In this document: one piece after another, positions 52,772 to 62,865 of the stretch
Layout of the letters: each line of letters opens with the position of its first letter
Numbering within the stretch: the first letter of the stretch is position 1
Source of the DNA: a virus
IMG/VR virus record: IMGVR_UViG_3300031718_000006
Location: 3,494 to 67,493 of that record
Strand: one strand, 5' to 3'
DNA length: 64,000 bases
Position numbers and translations under genes: made by a program
Notes under the pieces: model-generated
The model's input: only the letters and a program-made list of their open reading frames with translations
Told to the model about the DNA's origin: nothing
Databases searched by the model: none

Positions 52772-53198
52772 TGTGTAAGCCTTTGCAGTCCCGAATCAAC
52801 TCATCCAACCGTCCCGAACTGTCAAGGCCACATTACTATCTGTCAATAGATGATTGCAAGTAGCAATCTAGCAACACTAGAAGATATATTTCCACAGTTT
52901 CCACAGATTGGCGCTAAAGTATGGTATTGTAATTGCTGTGAGGATAAATTCTACCCCTGCGTGCTCTATCGGATTCCCATTCGGTATGAATATTTTACAC
53001 TTTGTGAATCCTCGTGACTTATCGCGTCATCTTATCTCGTGACGCCAAAAAGTAGGAACGAAGGTAAAAACGAAAACCAAAGATAATTACGGGACTCCTA
53101 ACGTAAAACACGTCAGTAGGCTGACTGGCTCAGAAGGCTGGATTTTAGAGTCGCACAGCGCCGTTAGGAGGGTCGCGCAGCAATTTTAGGGAGGGTTT
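52772..53198. promoter_or_regulatory. divergent early control region
   Basis: AT-rich, ORF-free; two TTGACA on the - strand, TGgTATTGT on the + strand. Confidence 0.6.
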
Positions 53199-53408
53199 AT
53201 GAGCAAGAAACATTTTATTGAATTGGCCAACACTATGCGGGAAACGCGGCCAATCGCTTCAGAAGATTCAGACAGGTTCAAGCAATGGATGAAGGATGTA
53301 ATTGCCTTGGCTGATTTCTGCGCCCGCCAAAACTCGAATTTCAAAAGAGACCGCTGGCTAGGCTTTATCAATGGCCAGAACGGCCCAAACGGAGGAACAA
53401 CAAAGTGA
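53199..53408 (+). CDS. hypothetical protein
   Basis: MSKKHFIELA...QNSNFKRDRW; GGAGG SD. Confidence 0.75.
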   Translation: MSKKHFIELANTMRETRPIASEDSDRFKQWMKDVIALADFCARQNSNFKRDRWLGFINGQNGPNGGTTK

Positions 53409-53788
53409 AAGACAAACTAGGCTTTGCGGTCGGGTATCTATTCCGAACCGTCGAAGAATCTATCAGCCGACTGGCTGGTATCGAGGGACTCAAGGAAAGC
53501 GATCTCACTAGCGAATTAGCGGAGATGCTTTCTAGGTCTCTACCACCTAAACCCGCGAAGCGGAAGCTTGAGACCGCAGACCCTTTTCCTGTGAAACGCA
53601 CAGCGAAAAAGGCAAAGATCAAGCGTGGCCCAATCGTGCAAGCGGTCTGCCGTAAGTGCGGATTCACTGCACCAAATCGTGCGGAGATAACGCGGCACTA
53701 TAACCTTGAACACCGAACCTATCCCAAGGGTGGATGGGGTTTGGGTAAGAAAGGCGCAACCAAGAAACGTATCCAATTAGTTGCGTAA
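53405..53788 (+). CDS. basic protein with C2H2-type finger
   Basis: CRKCGF...HYNLEH. Confidence 0.65.
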   Translation: MKDKLGFAVGYLFRTVEESISRLAGIEGLKESDLTSELAEMLSRSLPPKPAKRKLETADPFPVKRTAKKAKIKRGPIVQAVCRKCGFTAPNRAEITRHYNLEHRTYPKGGWGLGKKGATKKRIQLVA

Positions 53789-53822
53789 GACCAATTCCAA
53801 AATTGAGAAGGAGTCTAAAAAC

Positions 53823-54275
53823 ATGCCAACATCACTGAGTATCGTGAAGAAGTTTTTCCCAAATGTTTCATCTGTGGCAGACGCTAAAAAGCCCGTCCAT
53901 GTCGAAGTGACCAAGAAAGATTCTTCGTCTTCGACAGTCAAGAATCACAAAGGCTGTGCAATGGCCGTAGCCTGCAAACGCACATTCAAGCTCGATGGCG
54001 TGATTATCTCAGTCAATCGAGCCTATCTCGTGCAAGGCGACAAAGCGGTCAGGTACTCATTGCCGGAATCTGTTTCAAGGGAAGTGGTTTCCTTTGACCG
54101 TCAGGCAGGCTTTGCCGAGGGTGAATACGCTTTAGTCGTTCCGCCCAAGAGTAGGCCGTCAACGAAACGGCCCAAAGACATGAAGCGGCACGGCGAATCG
54201 GAGGGTTATGAGCCTACCTTCCACCATCACACCGATGGAATCCGCGCCGCGATAGGTAGCAAAAATGCCGTCTAG
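53823..54275 (+). CDS. hypothetical protein
   Basis: AAGGAG SD before ATG 53823. Confidence 0.7.
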   Translation: MPTSLSIVKKFFPNVSSVADAKKPVHVEVTKKDSSSSTVKNHKGCAMAVACKRTFKLDGVIISVNRAYLVQGDKAVRYSLPESVSREVVSFDRQAGFAEGEYALVVPPKSRPSTKRPKDMKRHGESEGYEPTFHHHTDGIRAAIGSKNAV

Positions 54276-54441
54276 CGAGTGGTACTGCCCGAAGTGTGGG
54301 GAGGAATTAGTCGAGGTTCGTCTCGATGAAGGCGATTTTCCGTCTTACCTGTCTTGTGCGATCCGCTACACAATCCACGGGACAGGCGCGGATGGCTCAT
54401 TGTTTGTCATGGGCGCAGAAACATTGAAGATTACATTTTGA
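54265..54441 (+). CDS. small Zn-ribbon protein (not in the ORF track)
   Basis: Hand translation MPSSEWYCPKCGEEL... Confidence 0.55.
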   Translation: MPSSEWYCPKCGEELVEVRLDEGDFPSYLSCAIRYTIHGTGADGSLFVMGAETLKITF

Positions 54442-54455
54442 AAGGACGGGAAAAC

Positions 54456-54707
54456 ATGAAACAAGAACAGACATTAGGCCGCGCTATTGCCACCTTACGT
54501 GCAAGCAAAGGTATTAGACAGCAAGACTTGGCTAAAAAGATCGGCGCTGGGGCTTCGCATATCTCACTCATTGAAGCGGGGAAACGTGAGCCATCTTTGG
54601 CGCTATTGCGGAAACTCGCTCATGCACTTGAAACCCCATTGGATGAACTCTTGGGACTATCCCAAAAGCTTGCCAGTGGGCAAAGAATCACAAATGGCAG
54701 GCATTAA
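54456..54707 (+). CDS. XRE-family HTH regulator
   Basis: QQDLAKKIGAGASHISLIEAGKREPSLALLRKLAHAL. Confidence 0.92.
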   Translation: MKQEQTLGRAIATLRASKGIRQQDLAKKIGAGASHISLIEAGKREPSLALLRKLAHALETPLDELLGLSQKLASGQRITNGRH

Positions 54708-54759
54708 GGTCAGACGAGAGAGTCGCACAGCAACTTAACGGGTTGGGAGGCCCGAAAAC

Positions 54760-55002
54760 ATGAAACTCAGGGGAGAATTACGTTCAAATCCGACCATGCG
54801 CGAGATTCAGGTTATCGCCTTGGTTGCGCTGGGGTTTGAGAGCGTTGGAATCGCACAGCGGTTAGGCATCACCCTCAAAACCGTGGAAACTCACCGCACT
54901 AACGTCTACCGCCGCATGAACTTTAAATCAGTTGTCGATATTGCCCATTGGGCGCTGGCAAAAGGAATCGTTGAAAACAAGTACCAGGGAGGCCTACTGT
55001 GA
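54760..55002 (+). CDS. LuxR-type HTH regulator
   Basis: TMREIQV...IAQRLGITLKTVETHRTNVYRRM. Confidence 0.9.
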   Translation: MKLRGELRSNPTMREIQVIALVALGFESVGIAQRLGITLKTVETHRTNVYRRMNFKSVVDIAHWALAKGIVENKYQGGLL

Positions 55003-55238
55003 CCAGAGGCAAAATGCTTAAATTGCGCTTGAATGATCTCTCTAAATACCCCGCTGGCTTGCCTAGGAGCGCCTCTGACGAGTTCCTGCGCTCCCGCTGG
55101 GTCTTTACCCCTACCGAATCGCTAGAATCGAAACCTGGCGTGTTTCGCTCATGGAAAATCCCCGCCCTGATCGTCGGCGGGGTCATCTTCTGGTTCCTAG
55201 TCAGTTACCTAAGCCACCATCTGCTCTGGTTGGGATGA
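54999..55238 (+). CDS. membrane-anchored hypothetical protein
   Basis: C-terminal TM; GTGA overlap. Confidence 0.55.
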   Translation: MTRGKMLKLRLNDLSKYPAGLPRSASDEFLRSRWVFTPTESLESKPGVFRSWKIPALIVGGVIFWFLVSYLSHHLLWLG

Positions 55239-55382
55239 TTTCGCGGAGTTCGTTCAAGATATGCGATACGTGAGAACTACTCACTCCAAACCTGATTGCA
55301 ATGCGGTTGGCTTTCACGCCTTTGCGGGCTAACTCCAGCATTTTCAGCTTGTCAGCCGAAGTAGAAGGCCGCCCCGGTGAAT

Positions 55383-55586
55383 CTACGGATCGGCGGGATG
55401 GGCGCGGTTGTACTCGGCTTGCAGCTCTGCGGCCTTCGCGTGTGCTTTAGAGCAGCCGAGAATTCCTGACTCGATGACCGTCTCCGAAGTTTCGTCTTTG
55501 TTCCGCCGCGAGCGCACAATGCGATACGTCCACGATTCCGGGATGGCGCGGTAGCGGGCGAGAGTGGCGTCGAGATCGTCGCTCAT
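55383..55586 (-). CDS. hypothetical protein
   Basis: Last ORF of the convergent - strand block. Confidence 0.5.
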   Translation of the reverse strand: MSDDLDATLARYRAIPESWTYRIVRSRRNKDETSETVIESGILGCSKAHAKAAELQAEYNRAHPADP

Positions 55587-55594
55587 ACGAGTTT

Positions 55595-55825
55595 TTAGCC
55601 GCCTAACTCCTGAAAGATGTACCGGACGCGTTCCCAATAAGGCAGAGAGCGGTGATCTTCGGAGAGGTTGGGATTGTATGCGAGTCTTTGCGCTTCAGCC
55701 CATTTGCCGGGATAGGCTGCAATGTTCAGCCCTTCTTTCGCGGCAGATTCTCGTCCCGCTTCCCTTCGTGCTTGACAGCGATCACAAGTGCAACCCGGAT
55801 CGTGCGGCCCAATTCCTAGTGACAT
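55595..55825 (-). CDS. hypothetical protein
   Basis: HDPGCTCDRC; AAGGAG SD. Confidence 0.6.
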   Translation of the reverse strand: MSLGIGPHDPGCTCDRCQARREAGRESAAKEGLNIAAYPGKWAEAQRLAYNPNLSEDHRSLPYWERVRYIFQELGG

Positions 55826-56031
55826 AGCCTTCTCCTTAGCCCTTGATTCCGTTGGCAGACCCAGTGACTAGCGCCGTTCCAAGGTTCGCCGTCTCGCTCG
55901 ATTCGGTCATCCCGCCACGCTGCTCCCATTCCTCTACGGCGTTGATGCTCAAAGGTGGCATTCCCCAAGGCCAGCGGCTTCCCGCAGAGGCAGCAGCGCC
56001 TGTCCTTCATTTCGCGCTGTACCCTTCCCAC
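55816..56031 (-). CDS. HNH-like small protein
   Basis: CCLCGKPL...TFEH...NGASHWVC. Confidence 0.5.
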   Translation of the reverse strand: MGRVQREMKDRRCCLCGKPLALGNATFEHQRRRGMGAAWRDDRIERDGEPWNGASHWVCQRNQGLRRRLCH

Positions 56032-56417
56032 TCAAAATTCGCCCACAATCGCCCGTCTGCCCTCCGGCCATAGTCGTTGACGTAAATCACCAGCGAGTTG
56101 CCGCCGATCGTCACAGGCTCAAGCCAGCCGAGGCGGAGGTCTACGTAGGCGAAGGTTTGACCGCTGCCCGTCATCACCGCTACCACCAGGCGATGGATTC
56201 CCTTGTTCCAGTCATCCTCATTGCCATAAAATGTCATCGCCCATTTTGGCTGCTGGCTCTTAAGAGTCAAGCAATAGTCAGTATGGCCTTGCGCGGTTGC
56301 AGGATCGGCCCAGAGATGGCGACGGTGAGTTAGCGATCCGCAGGTTGGAGTGGGCACGCTGGACTGTGCATAGGCCGTTGAGATGGCCAGTAGGATGAGC
56401 GCCAAGTATTTAGTCAT
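56007..56417 (-). CDS. secreted protein (signal peptide)
   Basis: MTKYLALILLAISTAYA/Q. Confidence 0.65.
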   Translation of the reverse strand: MTKYLALILLAISTAYAQSSVPTPTCGSLTHRRHLWADPATAQGHTDYCLTLKSQQPKWAMTFYGNEDDWNKGIHRLVVAVMTGSGQTFAYVDLRLGWLEPVTIGGNSLVIYVNDYGRRADGRLWANFEWEGYSAK

Positions 56418-56624
56418 GGTTTCTCCGATTGATACTTTGCGGTTAGCGCCGCATCGCATATAGCTATTTCCGCGCGCGAATGACTCATGCAGGGCTTGCC
56501 GCAAATCTCACACGGAACATAATCCCAATCGGTTTCCTGCATCGACTGCAATAATTCTTGAGCATCTTTGGCGGTCAATCGCATCTGCATACCCCTGCGA
56601 GAATGAGCGATAGCAGTAGAGTCT

Positions 56625-56819
56625 TCATATCTTTGCGAGTTTTTCCTTCATGCGTTTATCGAGATCGGTTTTAGCCGTGTGCGCCAGTCGAAATTGCATA
56701 CAGCCGTCCCACGGAGCTTTAGAATCGCCGCAAACTCGGCACTTACCGTCCTTTGCGTGTCGCTTGCGCCAGTCCCCGCATTCGCAAACATCGTCGGGCG
56801 ACAGTAGGGTCTTAATCAT
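56625..56819 (-). CDS. small Cys-rich protein
   Basis: CECG...H...CRVC...C. Confidence 0.6.
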   Translation of the reverse strand: MIKTLLSPDDVCECGDWRKRHAKDGKCRVCGDSKAPWDGCMQFRLAHTAKTDLDKRMKEKLAKI

Positions 56820-57037
56820 GGTTTCCTCGCCAAAATTTGCGCCGCTTCTTCACATGCGGAGCACGCGTCGGGGTTGAAGTCGTGATTCCGTAACGCCTGA
56901 TGACGCAACGCTTTAACCGCCGCGCATGGAAAACACAGCGAAGAATCTATGCACGCCTTGTTTTCGCAATCAGAAGTGTCACAATTCGGCCATTCGTCGA
57001 TATACACTCTGTCGAAATGCAATCCGTTTGCGCTCAT
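56816..57037 (-). CDS. small Cys-rich protein
   Basis: Several Cys pairs; AGGAG SD. Confidence 0.55.
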   Translation of the reverse strand: MSANGLHFDRVYIDEWPNCDTSDCENKACIDSSLCFPCAAVKALRHQALRNHDFNPDACSACEEAAQILARKP

Positions 57038-57146
57038 CTCGGCTCCTTTGTCTCCGCCCAAAATTCGCACTCGTTAAATTCAGTCCGCTCGGTGCGCCCC
57101 CGGACTAGATCAGACCTGATGGTGGATATGTCTCTGACATTGGGCA

Positions 57147-57566
57147 TCACCTGCCTTTCGTCTCCGCCTTCCCTATCTCCGTAGCACGCAACTCGTTGAT
57201 TCTGTATGAGATTTTGTCGCGCAAGTCGATTAACGCTTCGAGAGACAAGGCGTTCAATGCGGGCTGCACGGTATTCTCGAAATTGTGCTCCGCCCCGCCT
57301 CCGGCTGCTTCCTCTCGCTCCGGCAGGCTCACCGCTGGGGATGCGGCCTCGGCTGGCTCGGCTACCAATTTCGTACAGACCGCCGACCATCTTCCGCCGC
57401 CTAAGTCGTGCATCCACTTCAACGGGATCGCCGCGATAGGTTGTGCAATCGGTTCACCGCAATGTTTACACCGCGTCTCAGCCATCTTCCCCGCCCCCTC
57501 AAAAGTCGTTGATCGTGGATCGTCGCAAGGTATCCCGCAATCCGCTGGTAGGTTCGTTATCGCCAT
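57147..57566 (-). CDS. hypothetical protein
   Basis: CKHCG; start uncertain. Confidence 0.5.
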   Translation of the reverse strand: MAITNLPADCGIPCDDPRSTTFEGAGKMAETRCKHCGEPIAQPIAAIPLKWMHDLGGGRWSAVCTKLVAEPAEAASPAVSLPEREEAAGGGAEHNFENTVQPALNALSLEALIDLRDKISYRINELRATEIGKAETKGR

Positions 57567-57654
57567 CGCCCCGCCCCCTTGGTATCGCCGCTCATCTCAG
57601 TTCCCGCCTTTCTCCTGAACTTCTTTAAGAGTTACATCGTCGGCTTCAACCCAT

Positions 57655-57933
57655 TCAACTGGTTGAGTTGTCGGACGATTTCGGATGTTGCTCAATCAGG
57701 TATCTAAATTTCTTAACATCGGCGCTGTGCAGACCTAGTTTGTCCCAAAGCACTTCCAATTCAATCTTCAGCTCTACTCGCGTAACCTCTATCGCCAGTC
57801 GGATTCCGCGCTCAATCGACTCCTTCACGGCTTTATCTGTCCATTTTGTTTCCGCGAAAATGCGTTCCGCCACTTCCCGTATCCCGTCAGCCGTTGGACT
57901 GTCCCCCCTTCTGCGTGGCCCGTTTATGTCCAT
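57655..57933 (-). CDS. hypothetical protein
   Basis: ORF in the co-oriented block. Confidence 0.5.
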   Translation of the reverse strand: MDINGPRRRGDSPTADGIREVAERIFAETKWTDKAVKESIERGIRLAIEVTRVELKIELEVLWDKLGLHSADVKKFRYLIEQHPKSSDNSTS

Positions 57934-58096
57934 CGCGTAGGTAAATCAATGCCACGCCAACGCTAACTGGTAGCCCTAATCCAATCGACATCCACTCGGC
58001 CATTGACTGCTTTACCCAAAATTCAAGCCAGAGCGATCCGATGTATAAGCCGAATGGAATGCAAACAACAATAATCGCAGCGTTAAGGAATTTCAT
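57887..58096 (-). CDS. two-TM membrane protein
   Basis: Hydrophobic segments. Confidence 0.55.
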   Translation of the reverse strand: MKFLNAAIIVVCIPFGLYIGSLWLEFWVKQSMAEWMSIGLGLPVSVGVALIYLRDGHKRATQKGGQSNG

Positions 58097-59040
58097 ACCG
58101 CCCCCTTCTGCTCAGGTGCCGCCGCTTTCTGCCTCCCCGGATTGAAGGTTTGTTTATCGCCGTGGAAGTAACAATAATGCTCCCGAGGAGTCCTTCCGCA
58201 ATTGGCGCAGGCATGGCCACTAGCCCGCAAAGCGTCGTTAATCAGGTCGAAAGAATCTCTCGGCTCCCATCCGCCCATCACAAAACGGTCGTAAAGTTCA
58301 CGTGCAAGATAGACAACTACATCTTCGCTTTCGAGCGAAATGTTTCTCACCTCTTTCCCTTTTTCAGACGCTGGAGGTGCAGGGAGTGGCATCCAGTGAG
58401 TGACCGTGTGCAATGTCTCTGTCTCGCTGTCGATTCCATAAGAACGAACAGTTGCCCAAGATTGATTATCGGTGAAGAAATCGGCGGTAGAAACTCCGTC
58501 CTCATCCACAATCAAATATTCATCGTTGGAATTGGGTAACTGCTCCTCCACGCGGACCCACCCTGTCTCTCGCGGGGCCGTGCGCCGGATCGCTCCTAAG
58601 ACCGCAGGCATAATCGCGTGCGTAATGATCGATTCAAACTCGCCAGCGTTTAAGTCCTTCGACAGCCGCAAAAGAACCTTCTCAACTTCTTCGTAGGCCG
58701 CTCCCGGACTCTGAGGAGACACGCCAGCATACTCGAAGCATTTGTCATATGTTCGCCCGCAGTCTGGACATTCCTGTTGGGGCACGGATTCAGGTTTGAT
58801 AATCGCGCTGTGGTAGGCCGCGCCCAATTCCTCTTTGCTGGCATTCGGATCGGCAAGTACCATTTGAGCCTCGGCGGGATAAGCGACTGAAACCTGAGGC
58901 GGTTTTACAATTTCATCGACTGCCCTAGCTGCCGTCGCCATACGTTTCCGAAGTTCCGCGTTTTCCTTGCGGAGTTCTTCGACAGTCGGCGGATTATAAG
59001 GCACCCAACTTCCCGGTTGCTGCGCTTCCTTGCTCATCAC
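58093..59040 (-). CDS. DUF551-containing mosaic protein
   Basis: WVRVEEQLP...VTHWMPLPAPP. Confidence 0.8.
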   Translation of the reverse strand: MMSKEAQQPGSWVPYNPPTVEELRKENAELRKRMATAARAVDEIVKPPQVSVAYPAEAQMVLADPNASKEELGAAYHSAIIKPESVPQQECPDCGRTYDKCFEYAGVSPQSPGAAYEEVEKVLLRLSKDLNAGEFESIITHAIMPAVLGAIRRTAPRETGWVRVEEQLPNSNDEYLIVDEDGVSTADFFTDNQSWATVRSYGIDSETETLHTVTHWMPLPAPPASEKGKEVRNISLESEDVVVYLARELYDRFVMGGWEPRDSFDLINDALRASGHACANCGRTPREHYCYFHGDKQTFNPGRQKAAAPEQKGAV

Positions 59041-59261
59041 TTTGCCTCCGCCAAAGGTTCAAAATTCGCCTCAAAGTAGGCTTGTGCGACCAACCAGCGA
59101 TCATCATGATTCGCCGGGTTGCGTGCGATCTTGTCGCCGAGTTTAGGTGAACCGTTTGACTGATCCGCTGCACTGATAGAAACGCTGTGCATGTCGAATC
59201 CCGGCTCCCAATCGGCCATTTCTGCTATCTGCGTGCGGCGATATTTCTGATACTTGCTCAT
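59037..59261 (-). CDS. hypothetical protein
   Basis: GDKIARNPANHDDRWLVAQAYFEANFE; GGAGG SD. Confidence 0.75.
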   Translation of the reverse strand: MSKYQKYRRTQIAEMADWEPGFDMHSVSISAADQSNGSPKLGDKIARNPANHDDRWLVAQAYFEANFEPLAEAK

Positions 59262-59302
59262 TGCTCTCCTCCCAGCCCCATCGAATAAAAATCGTTTTCG
59301 TT

Positions 59303-59911
59303 TCACAATCCCTCGCCCGAAATAGAGGCTTCTGGGTCCCTACCCTCAATCTGCTTGCTCGTGGCAAGATTGGAGAAAAATAGCTTAGGGGCATCGGTGT
59401 ACGGCTCTCTGACAGGATGCGCTGGATTTCCCTTTTTGGTTTCACGAATGCAGAATATGTCGCGGAAGTACAGACTGCCGATGACTTCCAGTGCGCGCCC
59501 CGGACACAATTCAGCGCCGTCACCCCACGCGCATACAATCGTATTGGCGGCTCGGGCTTCGCGGTCTACGTGCAACCCGTTGTCTTCCCCAAGGGCCAAG
59601 GCGTAGTCAGTTTCCAATAGCTTCGCAAGGTCTTTCGGCTGCGTAGCGCGATAGGCGAACAGGTTGGTCACCACAAGTCCTGAGAATCCCCATCGCTTTG
59701 CGAATCCCACGCACCGCCGAATCGTGGCATCGTCGAATACGTCATCCGCCGTGGACGGGTTGAGCATGATGAAATTAACCACGCCGCCATCGCCCATCCA
59801 ACTTCGCCGCAAAACGTACCGATGATTCCCCCATCTTGCCCCTCCCTTGCTACCTATGCGCCCCCGCTGCTCAATACGTATCATCCAGTACGGATTGAAT
59901 CGTATTGGCAA
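59303..59911 (-). CDS. DUF1643 family protein
   Basis: RYVLRRSW, FIMLNPSTAD..DDATIRRC, NLFAYRAT, CAWG, PAHP. Confidence 0.88.
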   Translation of the reverse strand: MPIRFNPYWMIRIEQRGRIGSKGGARWGNHRYVLRRSWMGDGGVVNFIMLNPSTADDVFDDATIRRCVGFAKRWGFSGLVVTNLFAYRATQPKDLAKLLETDYALALGEDNGLHVDREARAANTIVCAWGDGAELCPGRALEVIGSLYFRDIFCIRETKKGNPAHPVREPYTDAPKLFFSNLATSKQIEGRDPEASISGEGL

Positions 59912-60064
59912 CCTTCGTGGTTACATCATCGTCGTCATCTATTAGCCCCGCCGCAACAAGACGACTCACGATCAGGTCTATTTGTGCCTCAATCAACTGA
60001 CGTTTTTCTCGCATCATAATTCACCTTCTCCCTTCAACTCGCTGCTACCTATGCGCTCCACTAG

Positions 60065-60343
60065 CTACTCCCCTGACAATTCTTTCCCCGTTAGTGCCCG
60101 AAGGTCGTTTTCAGTTTGGGCCGACATCCAGCCATCAAGGAAATAGCAATGCGGGGCAGATGGTTTGTACGGCGGAGCGTTCGGCGTAGGCGACACCTTG
60201 ACGATTTTCCCGAACTCAAAGCCATGCCGCCAACCAGGTCGCCCCTTGAATCCCGGCCCAGTTTGCCCCGGCTCGAAACCTCCGTAATACGACCGCACAC
60301 TGACGACTTGCCCAACTTTAAACTTTGGAGGAAGCTTTGCCAT
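60065..60343 (-). CDS. SH3/KOW-like hypothetical protein
   Basis: PKFKVGQVV. Confidence 0.6.
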   Translation of the reverse strand: MAKLPPKFKVGQVVSVRSYYGGFEPGQTGPGFKGRPGWRHGFEFGKIVKVSPTPNAPPYKPSAPHCYFLDGWMSAQTENDLRALTGKELSGE

Positions 60344-60420
60344 CTCTGTCTCTCCCTCTACCCTTCTAGGAACGCTTTTTTGTTTACAAACCATCGCCCG
60401 AACGTGGCTCTATCGGGTCC

Positions 60421-60738
60421 CTACCCCCGGTCAGTCGTGCTCTTGGCCGAGACGATGAAAACCTCTTGCGAGAGAGTTCTGTCTAGGGGAACTCCAACGA
60501 TTCCAAGCCATGCCACGCTGAGCGCTTCTAGGTCGGGTGCGCCGATGACAATGTGCTCAGTTTCGTTCTTGTTCCAGATGGCCATATATCCCTTGAATGC
60601 GATCCGTCCGTGGTCAACGACACGCTCAAAAGACAGAGACGTGCGCCCAGCACGCAAACCATTCTGCGGAGGTAAACCTACATTCTTCCTGTTCTGGCTC
60701 ACCATCTGCGACATCACGTCCACGTCGTATTCCTCCAT
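60421..60738 (-). CDS. hypothetical protein
   Basis: GAGGT SD. Confidence 0.55.
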   Translation of the reverse strand: MEEYDVDVMSQMVSQNRKNVGLPPQNGLRAGRTSLSFERVVDHGRIAFKGYMAIWNKNETEHIVIGAPDLEALSVAWLGIVGVPLDRTLSQEVFIVSAKSTTDRG

Positions 60739-60829
60739 GACTTACCACCTCTCTCCCCGATTGTGGGTAGGGACCCGTTATGCACTATTTCTAGCGATGC
60801 TTTGTAAATGAACAATCTGCTCTACCCTT

Positions 60830-61513
60830 CTAGGATTCACACGCCCTGGCTTCCAAAATTCTGCCAGCGTAATCAGCTACACACGATGCTAGTTCTGGCG
60901 GAATTGTCGCGGCCTTCGCTGTATCTCTTTGTCGGCGCTTCGAGTTTGACCACGCTTGGTTCCACTTGAACTGAGCGCGATACTGCCGTTTTTCTTCTTT
61001 GTTCATCGTCTTCACGGCGCGGGATGAGCCAACGTCTATCCCCTTTTTTATCCCTTGGGCCATAAGCATCGGAACAGCATTTCCCCACAGGTAGAACGGG
61101 CCGCAATGATGTTTGGCGCGGCCAACAAAATGCTGCGCGGCTCGGACGTTCTCCATCACATAGGGCACACCAGAAGCATCTAAGAGCGCCCGCGTATGCT
61201 CGAATAACTCCACGCCAAGGTACGGGTATGGCGGGTTCGGGTGAAAGTGCTTCATTCCGTGAACCGAGAATTCTTCGCAGGGTGAACTCGCACAGACGAA
61301 ATCAACCGTGAACAACTCTGGCATCCCGTACTCGTTGAATATCTCGAACCATGCATCACGGAAAGTAATGTCTAAGACGTTACCCTTGATAAATCTGCAA
61401 CCCTTAGGAATCTCGGGAGGCGCAACTAGGTCGATACCGACACACTCCCAACCGCGCTCCAAGAACGCTTTGGACCATCCAAAACGCCCACAGAATAGAT
61501 CAAGCATTCTCAC
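60830..61513 (-). CDS. DNA (cytosine-5) methyltransferase, compact phage type
   Basis: LDLFCG..G, SSPCEEFS, MENV. Confidence 0.85.
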   Translation of the reverse strand: MRMLDLFCGRFGWSKAFLERGWECVGIDLVAPPEIPKGCRFIKGNVLDITFRDAWFEIFNEYGMPELFTVDFVCASSPCEEFSVHGMKHFHPNPPYPYLGVELFEHTRALLDASGVPYVMENVRAAQHFVGRAKHHCGPFYLWGNAVPMLMAQGIKKGIDVGSSRAVKTMNKEEKRQYRAQFKWNQAWSNSKRRQRDTAKAATIPPELASCVADYAGRILEARACES

Positions 61514-61604
61514 TCTTGCTGTCTCCCATGCGCCAACGAATCAGCCCTTCAACTTCAAGTAGTGCTCAATGACCCGCATCCAGAAACTCTTCTGCGGTTT
61601 GCGC

Positions 61605-62000
61605 TTACCCATTGCATCTGTCCCCCAAAAGTTCCACTTCCTTCCGCCAAACAACTAGCAATAGCTTTAGATCGACTTTAGGCGCGTTCCGAGCCGCAAT
61701 TTGTAGCCGTTCGTACCTTCCGGGATATTTGGCATCAAACCACTCCCGCGCATCGTGAACCTGCTTATGCCAGAAGGATTCGTGACACGGTAACCAGCAA
61801 AGGGTCATCAGATTGTCCGGCTCGAATCTCAGGCGTTTGTAATGGCCCTTTGGTAGAACGTGCGCCGCCCCAAGATGATTGTTCTTGCCGCACTTGTTGC
61901 ACTGAAACCCGTCCCGCGTCCGCACATAAATCGACAGTAGCGAGTCAAGCTCTTTCACCATCGCCGTGTTCTTGCGGGTTTGACTACTGGCCTTAATCAC
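61605..62000 (-). CDS. NinG-like HNH nuclease
   Basis: LDSLLSIYVRTRD..CNKCG..AAH..LRFEPDN..LC..CH. Confidence 0.82.
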   Translation of the reverse strand: MIKASSQTRKNTAMVKELDSLLSIYVRTRDGFQCNKCGKNNHLGAAHVLPKGHYKRLRFEPDNLMTLCWLPCHESFWHKQVHDAREWFDAKYPGRYERLQIAARNAPKVDLKLLLVVWRKEVELLGDRCNG

Positions 62001-62419
62001 AACGATTTGGCTCCCATCTTGGCGATAAACTCCCGGTACTCTGCGCTCAACTTGAAATCCTCGTAGCTACCGAATTTCTTGTTCATACCCGCATCTATCG
62101 CGGCCTTTTCGATTGCGTCCATCGGCTTGAATGACCCGCTGACTTTCTCCTCGGCGTGGATCGTGTTGTACCGCCCTTCCCGGAAGAAAAATCCGTCAAT
62201 CACCATGCCCTGCTGTTCGGCAAGTTCCAACTTCTTCGCCATCCAAATGAACGCTTTCCTCGGCGTGCTCCGCCACTTCTTAGCTACAGCCGAGATTGAA
62301 TCCGCCACCAAGTGTAAGTTGCTCGGATTCTCCGGCCATGCCAGCATATTGGCGCAGATGAAGGTTGCGTATTGAATGACGCTCAACCCGTCCGGTGCGT
62401 TCTCTATTTCAGGGTTCAT
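61997..62419 (-). CDS. hypothetical protein
   Basis: Coupled ORF. Confidence 0.6.
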   Translation of the reverse strand: MNPEIENAPDGLSVIQYATFICANMLAWPENPSNLHLVADSISAVAKKWRSTPRKAFIWMAKKLELAEQQGMVIDGFFFREGRYNTIHAEEKVSGSFKPMDAIEKAAIDAGMNKKFGSYEDFKLSAEYREFIAKMGAKSL

Positions 62420-62865
62420 ACCAGTGCATCCACCAAAATGCGCTCTACCAGCTTCGGATCTAACGTGTCCGCGTTGCTGAAATGTAAGACTTTGTAACCA
62501 TCTCGCATGATGCTCTTTTCGCGTGCCGCATCGTATTCCTTCTGTGTCTCGTGCACACTTCCATCGACCTCAATGACCACGTTACGATTCGTGATGCAGA
62601 AATCGACAATGTACGGGCCAATTTGTTTTTGAGTCGCCAGCGACCAGCGATACTGATCTTTTAGAACCGTCAAGATTTCAAGCATTCGCGCTTCACCTGC
62701 GGTCGGACACGCCCTCATACCTTTGGCGATGTGATATTTCCAACTTTGTTTCTGTTGATAGGTCGCGCCTGTTCTTGTCTTGAGTTTCCTTAGACACTTC
62801 GCAGACCGCTTCATCGCCTTGATCTTTTTCTTACAATCACTGCACAGTATTTGATTTAGGTTCAT
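62416..62865 (-). CDS. DUF559/Vsr-like endonuclease
   Basis: PTAGE, QKQIGPYIVDF, VIEVDGSVH, DAAR, GYKVLHFSN. Confidence 0.85.
   Translation of the reverse strand: MNLNQILCSDCKKKIKAMKRSAKCLRKLKTRTGATYQQKQSWKYHIAKGMRACPTAGEARMLEILTVLKDQYRWSLATQKQIGPYIVDFCITNRNVVIEVDGSVHETQKEYDAAREKSIMRDGYKVLHFSNADTLDPKLVERILVDALV

Noticed and set aside
52889-52906. Tandem TTTCCACAG as DnaA boxes or origin
   Set aside because: Only two imperfect copies and no initiator gene in the window; insufficient support.
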